40,000 nucleotides of DNA, taken from Corynebacterium halotolerans. GTDB taxonomy: Bacteria > Actinomycetota > Actinomycetes > Mycobacteriales > Mycobacteriaceae. The number at the start of each line of letters is the position of its first letter. The stretch's first letter is position 1. Below, piece by piece: positions 33,609-40,000 of this stretch. The stretch is taken from NCBI RefSeq assembly GCF_050107895.1, contig NZ_JBNILW010000005.1:1-40000 (forward strand), written 5' to 3'. Under the pieces are notes generated by a model, which made no database searches, was not told the DNA's origin, and saw only the letters and a list, made by a program, of their open reading frames with translations. The position numbers were made by a program, and so were the translations under genes.

Positions 33609-34532
33609 ATGGAACGGCAACTGAAGATCGTGAGCAACAGTAATCACAATTTTCACAACAGTCCCTATGCGGCCGCAGCTTCCCGCACTAGACTGACCGA
33701 CGTGAACGCCCAGCACCACCCCGAAGAACCCGCCACCCCGCCTCAGGTGGCCGCCTTCTTCGACCTGGACAAAACCGTCATCGCCACATCTTCAGCCCAT
33801 GCTTTCGGCCGGGAGTTCCTGCACAACGGTCTGATCTCCGCCAGTGAGGCGATCGAACTCTACCTGGCCAAGGCCTCGTTCATGCTGGGCGGCCACTCCG
33901 GTGAGCAGATGGACACCTCCCGGGATCAGTTGGCCGACATGGTGGCCGGTTGGGACGTTGCCCAGGTGCGGGAGATCGCCTCCCAGGCGCTGCACACCGT
34001 GGTCACCCCGACGATCTACGCCGAGGCCCGGGAGTTGATCGAATCGCACCGGGCCGCCGGACACGACGTCATCATCATCTCCGCGTCTGCCACCCTGTTG
34101 GTCGAGTTGATCGCCGCGGAGTTAGGGGTGGACACCGTCGTCGGCACCGAGCTGGCGGTTCTGGACGGCAAGTTCACTGGTGAGGTCAGCTTCTACTGCA
34201 AGGGACCGGCCAAGGCGGAGGCTATGCGTCGGCTCGCCGCAGAACACGGCTACGACCTCACGGCCAGCTACGCCTACTCCGATTCGGCCACCGACATCCC
34301 CATGCTGGAGACTGTCGGTAATCCCGCGGCAGTCAATCCGGACCGGCAGATGAAGAAGAGCGCCCTGGAAAACAGCTGGGACATTCTCTCCTTCCGGAAT
34401 CCGGTGCCCCTCTTCCAGCCGCCGACCGCTCGTGAGGTCACGATCGGCACGAGCGTGCTGGCCGGCCTGGCGGCGGTCACCGTCGGCGGCCTGTGGTGGG
34501 CCAAGCGCGCCACCAGCCGTGGCTCTGCTTAA
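33609..34532 (+). CDS. HAD-IB family hydrolase (SerB-like phosphatase) with a C-terminal membrane anchor
   Basis: Motif I AAFFDLDKTVI, motif II IIISAS, and motif III/IV YCKGPAK...YSDSATDIPML. The true start may be GTG 33702. Confidence 0.75.
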   Translation: MERQLKIVSNSNHNFHNSPYAAAASRTRLTDVNAQHHPEEPATPPQVAAFFDLDKTVIATSSAHAFGREFLHNGLISASEAIELYLAKASFMLGGHSGEQMDTSRDQLADMVAGWDVAQVREIASQALHTVVTPTIYAEARELIESHRAAGHDVIIISASATLLVELIAAELGVDTVVGTELAVLDGKFTGEVSFYCKGPAKAEAMRRLAAEHGYDLTASYAYSDSATDIPMLETVGNPAAVNPDRQMKKSALENSWDILSFRNPVPLFQPPTAREVTIGTSVLAGLAAVTVGGLWWAKRATSRGSA

Positions 34533-35039
34533 CAGGTTCCCCCTGCCCTGCAACACCCACCGACTATCCGAAGCCGTATAGCCGCAGGCGAATACCTACT
34601 GCGTCGACCCGGCCGTCGGCGACGAGACCGCCGATCGCATCGGGGCCACGGAACAGGACGTCGACGCCCCGTCCCCGGCAGCTGAGCGCCTGCCCCACCG
34701 ACGGGTTGGAAGGCCTGTCGATGGGCGCGGTAGCAGATACCGAGATCCCCAGTCGCGGCCTGCCCCGGGCGGCACCGATGTCCCGGAACCTCTCGGGACC
34801 ACCAGCACCCCGGGCACACCGGCCGGAAAACGGCGTCAGCGGATCAGGGCGGAAGCGGTCACTTCCAGCTCCATCAACTAGGCTGGTGCTCAGGAAACCA
34901 TCAACTAAACGGGTCGTCGGACACGCACGCACGTCAATTCCGTGGCACCATTGGGGATATTGATGTCCCAGACTGATGTCCACGACGTCAGTGCGCCCAA
35001 CCCCGGTCCTATCTGTCGACCCCTGGAGGAAAGAACATC

Positions 35040-35546
35040 GTGAGCAATCAGAACGGCCTTTTTACCGACGGCACCGAGGATTTCTCCGCCAAGGTCAATT
35101 CGATTCCGTTGAACGACGTTGATACCCGTGCCGCGGGGCAGGGTTCGGTCGGCAACCTGGTCAGCGATGCCACCGCGCAGATGTCCAGTCTGTTCCGCGC
35201 AGAGCTTGAGCTGGCCAAGACAGAGCTCGCTGGCGAGGCGAAGAAGGGCGCGATCGGCGGCGGTCTGTTCGGCGTCGCCGGCGTGATTGCGTTGTACAGC
35301 TCCTTCTTCTTTTTCTTCTTCGTCGCCGCCCTGCTGTCGATCTGGCTGGAGCCGTGGGCGTCATTCCTGATCGTGTTCCTGGTGATGGTCGTCCTCGCCG
35401 GGGCCCTGGCCCTGTTCGGCTGGCGCAAGGTGAAGAAGATCGGGGCCCCCAAGAGAACAATTGACTCCGTCAATGAGCTCAAGAGCCTGGTTCCCGGCAA
35501 GGCCACCAAGAAGCTGGAAGCCCGTGACCGGGGAATGTTCAGCTAA
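35040..35546 (+). CDS. Holin-X / DUF1469-like small membrane protein
   Basis: Amphipathic LFRAELELAKTELAGEAKK followed by two TM helices. GTG start with SD ggagga. Confidence 0.5.
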   Translation: MSNQNGLFTDGTEDFSAKVNSIPLNDVDTRAAGQGSVGNLVSDATAQMSSLFRAELELAKTELAGEAKKGAIGGGLFGVAGVIALYSSFFFFFFVAALLSIWLEPWASFLIVFLVMVVLAGALALFGWRKVKKIGAPKRTIDSVNELKSLVPGKATKKLEARDRGMFS

Positions 35547-35634
35547 CCCTGCCATCACCCGTTGCCGTCCCGCTGCGCCGCCAAGCTGTACCACTCGGCC
35601 CCGGGGCGGTTTTTCATAGCTCAGGAGTCCGCCC

Positions 35635-36588
35635 GTGCCGTTTGCCCCCGTCCGCAGTAGCCGCCTTTTCCGGAGTGACCTCTCCCCGTCAGTCGTCGCC
35701 CTGGACGGCCCGTTCCGGCACGAACACATCCACACCAGGGGAATTCGGCTCCATGCGGTAACCGCCGGCGACCCGGCGAATCCGTTGTTGCTGCTCCTGC
35801 ACGGCTCCTTCGCAGGATGGTTCGATTACCGGGAGGTCATCGCGCCCCTCGCAGCCGCCGGGTACCACGTGGCGGCGGTGGACGCCCGCGGCTACGGCAT
35901 GTCCGATAAGCCTCCGTCCAGTTACGGCTACGACATCCGCAATGCGGTAGGTGACGTCTCGGGGTTGATCCGGGCGCTCGGCCACGGCTCAGCGGTGGTC
36001 GTCGGCAGCGACACGGGCGGGTCTGTCGCGTGGACCCTGGCAACCAGTGAACCGGAGCGGGTCCGCGCCCTGGTGGCGGTGGCCGCAGCTCACCCGGTGG
36101 ACCTGCGCCGCGCGATCGCCAGTCGCCCCTGGCTGTACCCGTGGTTGCTCACGCGCAGCCTGCTGTGCCGCCTGCCGTCCGCCGGCATCAAGCGGCTGCA
36201 GCGCTGGGCGCCAGCGATGTACCGGCGGCAACTTCGGCTGAACACCACCAGCTCCTACCACCGGAGCACGCACTTCCGGGAGGAGATCAATCTGCGGGTG
36301 ACGGCCGCGGGGATCAGCAGCACCGGGCCAGCCGTCGTCCGCAACAACCGGCTGCTACTGACCTCGCTGCCCCTGGCCTGGTTGCGGGAACAGGTGGTGG
36401 CACCGACCCTCCTGCTCTACCAGGAGCACGGCGCCTGGCCGCATCTGGCCCGCCGCTCCCGCGACCGCGTGACAGCTGGAGTCACGGTCGAGCAGGTGGC
36501 GGTACCGCACGCCCGCAATCTCCCCCACCTGGAGAATCCGACGGGCTTCGTGACCACTGTCCTGGACTTCCTGGCCCGGGAGGCGTGA
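35635..36588 (+). CDS. Alpha/beta-fold hydrolase (epoxide-hydrolase-like)
   Basis: LLLLHGSFAGWFDYR...VDARGYGMSDKP...VVVGSDTGGSVAW is a nucleophile-elbow region with Asp. GTG start with SD aggag. Confidence 0.7.
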   Translation: MPFAPVRSSRLFRSDLSPSVVALDGPFRHEHIHTRGIRLHAVTAGDPANPLLLLLHGSFAGWFDYREVIAPLAAAGYHVAAVDARGYGMSDKPPSSYGYDIRNAVGDVSGLIRALGHGSAVVVGSDTGGSVAWTLATSEPERVRALVAVAAAHPVDLRRAIASRPWLYPWLLTRSLLCRLPSAGIKRLQRWAPAMYRRQLRLNTTSSYHRSTHFREEINLRVTAAGISSTGPAVVRNNRLLLTSLPLAWLREQVVAPTLLLYQEHGAWPHLARRSRDRVTAGVTVEQVAVPHARNLPHLENPTGFVTTVLDFLAREA

Positions 36589-36642
36589 GAGCCCTGGACG
36601 GGGACGCCCTGCGGCGTCGTTACACATCCCCGGGTCGGGTAC

Positions 36643-37836
36643 TCAGCGCACCACGCACGACTGGGTGTCCACTGGTTCGGTCAACTCGGTGATGTCGCCG
36701 ACCTGCTCGAGCACCTCATCCGCCGTCAGCGCGTAGCCGGTGTCGGAGGAGTCCACGGAAGCGCCGAAGATCATGCCCAGCACATCCCCCTCCGCATCCG
36801 TCATCGGTCCACCGGAATTACCCTGTCGGATTGCCCCGCGGATGGTGTAGGCGTCACGTTCCACTCGGCCTTCCGCATAGATGTCCGGTCCCGCGATGGT
36901 GATCTGATCCCGGATGCGCGCCGGCGCGGCCTCGAAGGGGCTGGATTCCGGGAATCCCATGACGATGGCGTCATCGCCGGTGTCAGCGGGCTGTTCCGCC
37001 CAGTCCAGGGACGGCAGATCCAGACCCGGGCTGTGGAGCACGGCGATATCGATCTCAGGGTTGTAGTAGACCACCTCGGCCTCCCGCAGCCCCAGGACAG
37101 TGTCCAGGCGCACGCTCTCCGTGCCGGCGACCACATGAGCGTTGGTGAGCACGTAGTCGGATTCTGTGACGAAACCGGTGCCCATCAGCCGACGGCTGCA
37201 GACGCGGGCGTCACCCAGCACGTGCACCACCGACGGTCGCATCTGATCCACCAGCTCCCGATTGGCGACGTCGATCCGCGGGGCCTCCACGTCCGGGGAG
37301 GCGCTCTGCTGGAAGGGCGATCCGATCAACGGGATCTCGGAATCGTTGAGCAGCGCGGAGATCTGGGTCGGCACCTGATTCAGCTGGGACGGAGTCACCC
37401 GGTCCACGTAGCCCAGGATCGTGGAGTTGCGGATGCCGTCACCGATCGCGCCGCCGACACCGGAGGCCAGGGGCAGAGCCACCAACCAGGCAACCAGCAG
37501 CGTCACCAGGCCCTGAAACACGGCTCCGATGCCGGAATCGATCTTCATCGAGGACCGGAAACGCATCCGGTCCCGTAATGTCGTGCCGATCATTCCCCCC
37601 ACCAGGTTGCCGACACCCACCAGCAGGATGATCGTGACCAGTGCCAGGAGAACGCGCAGCGGAGTTGATTCCGCCAGCTGCATCACCAGCGGGGCCAGCG
37701 CCGCACCACAGATGAGTCCGGCCACCACGCCGATGGTGCTGAGCACGGAGGAGAACGCCCCGGCGCGCCAGCCACTGAACATCGCCAAGACGACAGCGAG
37801 CACCAGAATTGCGTCGACAATCAGACTCGCAGTCAC
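36643..37836 (-). CDS. marP: MarP-family membrane serine protease (CvpA domain + trypsin-like domain)
   Basis: Four N-terminal TM helices, then the catalytic motifs TNAHVV, D, and GNSGGP. Confidence 0.85.
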   Translation of the reverse strand: MTASLIVDAILVLAVVLAMFSGWRAGAFSSVLSTIGVVAGLICGAALAPLVMQLAESTPLRVLLALVTIILLVGVGNLVGGMIGTTLRDRMRFRSSMKIDSGIGAVFQGLVTLLVAWLVALPLASGVGGAIGDGIRNSTILGYVDRVTPSQLNQVPTQISALLNDSEIPLIGSPFQQSASPDVEAPRIDVANRELVDQMRPSVVHVLGDARVCSRRLMGTGFVTESDYVLTNAHVVAGTESVRLDTVLGLREAEVVYYNPEIDIAVLHSPGLDLPSLDWAEQPADTGDDAIVMGFPESSPFEAAPARIRDQITIAGPDIYAEGRVERDAYTIRGAIRQGNSGGPMTDAEGDVLGMIFGASVDSSDTGYALTADEVLEQVGDITELTEPVDTQSCVVR

Positions 37837-37877
37837 ACGGTGCTCCAGTTCGGGTTCGGAAAGTGAGGGAATTTCAC

Positions 37878-38627
37878 CTATTTAGGACTTTCATTATTGC
37901 GTGAGGAGGCCAGGGCAGTGCGCAGATCCACGGCCGTGTCGCGGTCCCAGGGTTCCTCCCAGCCAGCATGGTGCAGCACCGCGGACAACAGGCCGCCGGT
38001 GAATCCCCAGACCACATAACCGTTGACCTTGAACGCCGGACCCCGCCACGTCCCCCATTGCACCATCATGCGGTTGGCGGGGTCGATCAGCTCGAAGACC
38101 GGGACGGGGAAGACCTCATCGGCTTCCGCCGGGCTGACCACGGCTACCGGAGACGGAGAATGCCAGTGCCCGAGAATCGGATGCACGGGGTATCCGGAGG
38201 CCCGGATGTGCACCTCCTCCAGCTCCGCGACGGGAGTCAGTGTCTGGCGGTCCAACCCTGTTTCCTCCCAGGCCTCCCGCAACGCGCAGTCCACCGTGTT
38301 GCGGTCGGTGGCGTCGACGCGGCCGCCCGGGAATGCGATCTGCCCGGAGTGCGAACGCATCCTGGGCGAGCGGTGGGTCAGCAGCACCGCGGCGTCGTTG
38401 GGCAGCTCCAAGGAAGTTTCCGCCCCGGAAAAGAGCATCAGCACCGCAGCCCGGCGATTCTGGTCGACGCGGGTGGACCGGTGTAGTTCACCGGTGCGTA
38501 GACCGCTGCTGAAACGTCCGGCGTCAATGCTCTCCAGTAGCTTCCCCATCCACAGGGGGGCCTTTTCCGGGCTGAGAGCGATATTTTCTCCGGGCTGGTC
38601 GGGCTCGAATCCGCCTGGCAGGGTCAC
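37878..38627 (-). CDS. Nudix hydrolase (CoA pyrophosphatase-like)
   Basis: Nudix box GQIAFPGGRVDATDRNTVDCALREAWEETGL. Confidence 0.8.
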   Translation of the reverse strand: MTLPGGFEPDQPGENIALSPEKAPLWMGKLLESIDAGRFSSGLRTGELHRSTRVDQNRRAAVLMLFSGAETSLELPNDAAVLLTHRSPRMRSHSGQIAFPGGRVDATDRNTVDCALREAWEETGLDRQTLTPVAELEEVHIRASGYPVHPILGHWHSPSPVAVVSPAEADEVFPVPVFELIDPANRMMVQWGTWRGPAFKVNGYVVWGFTGGLLSAVLHHAGWEEPWDRDTAVDLRTALASSRNNESPK

Positions 38628-39244
38628 GCGACCGCCTCCGATACCGCGGCTTCCAGTTCCGCAACCGTTTTAAAGGGCTGCGGGAACATCGCCACCTGTT
38701 CACCGTCGACGACGACCAGGGTGATGGGCACGACCGCCGGCAGCCCGAGCGTCCCGGCGAAGAGATTGTCATTGTCCTGGTAGCTGGGCAGTGCCACGTC
38801 CAGGTCCTCCAGCAGGGCGATCCCGTTGTCCGGGTGGGCGTCGGCGTGAACTCCCACGACGTCATATTCCGGATGGGCGTCCGCGAACTCCTCGAGAATC
38901 GGCAGCTCGTCCCGGCACGGCCCACACCACCACGCCCAGAGGTTCACGACGCTGGCCTCCGTGCCCGCCGGCTGCGTGTCCGCGGCGGTGGCACCGTTGC
39001 CCCCGCCCAGACAGGGCAGATCCACCCCGGCGACCCCGCTCGCACGACAGTCTGGGCGGTCCGCCCCGGCCACTGGTGCAGCAGACGGTTCCGGAGCCGA
39101 CTCCGGTGCCGGTGACGGCGTCGTGGAGGCAGGCGGCGAAGCAGCATCCTCGTTGACGCTGCGCAGCATCGCCGGTACGGCCAGCACCACGAGGAGGGTC
39201 ACCACGACGACACCGACCGCGTACCACTTCATGCTGGATCTCAT
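38624..39244 (-). CDS. TlpA/ResA-like membrane-anchored thiol:disulfide oxidoreductase
   Basis: N-terminal TM helix and thioredoxin motif WAWWCGPCRDELP. Confidence 0.8.
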   Translation of the reverse strand: MRSSMKWYAVGVVVVTLLVVLAVPAMLRSVNEDAASPPASTTPSPAPESAPEPSAAPVAGADRPDCRASGVAGVDLPCLGGGNGATAADTQPAGTEASVVNLWAWWCGPCRDELPILEEFADAHPEYDVVGVHADAHPDNGIALLEDLDVALPSYQDNDNLFAGTLGLPAVVPITLVVVDGEQVAMFPQPFKTVAELEAAVSEAVA

Positions 39245-39247
39245 GTC

Positions 39248-40000
39248 TCACACTCCAGCTAAGTCCAGGAGATGCTCCCGGGTGTCGCCCTTGACCAGCT
39301 CAGCGGCCGTCATCGGATCCACGGGGCCGGCGACTCCGAAGGACGGGCAGTCCGCGGCCAGGAAGCAGGCCCCACAGGCGGCCTTCCGGCTGTGGCAGAC
39401 GCGCCGTCCGTGGAAGATCATCCGGTGGGAGAACATCGTCCACTCCGGTTTCTCGATCAGGTCGGCGATGGCGAACTCCACCTTCACCGGATCGGTCTGG
39501 TCACTGAGCATCAGACGGCTGACCAGGCGGCCGAAGTGGGTGTCCACGGTGAGTCCCGGGATGTCGAAGGCATTGCCGCGGACGACGTGTGCGGTCTTCC
39601 GTCCGACTCCCGGCAGGCTCACCAGATCATCCAGCTCCCGCGGAATCTCACCGCCGAAATCCGTGACCAGCCGCTGCCCCATCGCGATCAGGTTGCGCGC
39701 CTTCGCCCGGTAGAAGCCGGTGGGACGAATGTATTCCTCCAGCTCCGCCTGGCGCGCGGTGGCGTATGCGTCGGCGGTGGGAAAGCGGGCGAACAACGCC
39801 GGCGTAACCTGGTTGACTCGCACATCAGTGCACTGGGCGGACAGGACCGTGGCCACGGTCAACTCAAGCGGGTTGGAGAAGTCCAGTTCGCAGTGGGCGT
39901 CCGGATGTCCGACGGCCAGGGTGCGGTTGATCCGGCGGGCGCGCCGTTTTCGACCGAGGTAGGTCTCTTTCCCCTTGGCGGCGAGGTGAGACCCGATCCG
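39248..40000 (-). CDS. nth: Endonuclease III, 5' end beyond the window
   Basis: HhH-GPD motif [15 protein letters not shown] and 4Fe-4S cluster [17 protein letters not shown]. The frame stays open upstream of the track's TTG (…[48 protein letters not shown]) to position 40000. Confidence 0.9.
   Translation of the reverse strand, partial: RIGSHLAAKGKETYLGRKRRARRINRTLAVGHPDAHCELDFSNPLELTVATVLSAQCTDVRVNQVTPALFARFPTADAYATARQAELEEYIRPTGFYRAKARNLIAMGQRLVTDFGGEIPRELDDLVSLPGVGRKTAHVVRGNAFDIPGLTVDTHFGRLVSRLMLSDQTDPVKVEFAIADLIEKPEWTMFSHRMIFHGRRVCHSRKAACGACFLAADCPSFGVAGPVDPMTAAELVKGDTREHLLDLAGV

Overview
High-GC actinobacterial chromosome, Corynebacterium-like by gene content and order. From about 11.1 kb to the end is a conserved housekeeping backbone: tRNA-Thr, holB, membrane adenylate cyclase, topA, cspA, a DUF1998 helicase, a 7-gene Tad/Flp-like pilus cluster, 6C sRNA, HAD hydrolase, MarP protease, Nudix, TlpA and nth. 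A cargo block of transporters lies between the cyclase and topA. The first 11 kb is accessory DNA. An intact tRNA-Thr(CGU) at 11017-11089 has its 3' 44 bp exactly duplicated at 1625-1668. These repeats bound a tightly packed ~9.4-kb island laid out like a PICI/SaPI: int and an XRE repressor, divergent from an xis-like HTH gene, orphan genes, a Toprim/RecA-type primase-helicase, then scaffold-like, HK97-type major capsid, HNH and small terminase genes. It has no portal, large terminase, protease, tail or lysis genes. I read it as a helper-dependent, capsid-encoding phage satellite, and it is the most interesting system here. Candidate cis sites are an iteron cluster inside the primase-helicase gene, an AT-rich HNH/terS gap (possible cos), arm-type repeats at both ends and GATC-rich operators. 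Left of the island is the IS-truncated integrase of an older occupant of the same tRNA site, next to a decayed IS5-family element. Elsewhere there is a structured, cobalamin-riboswitch-like leader and an Ltp-repeat membrane protein. All function calls come from reading motifs by eye; no searches were run.
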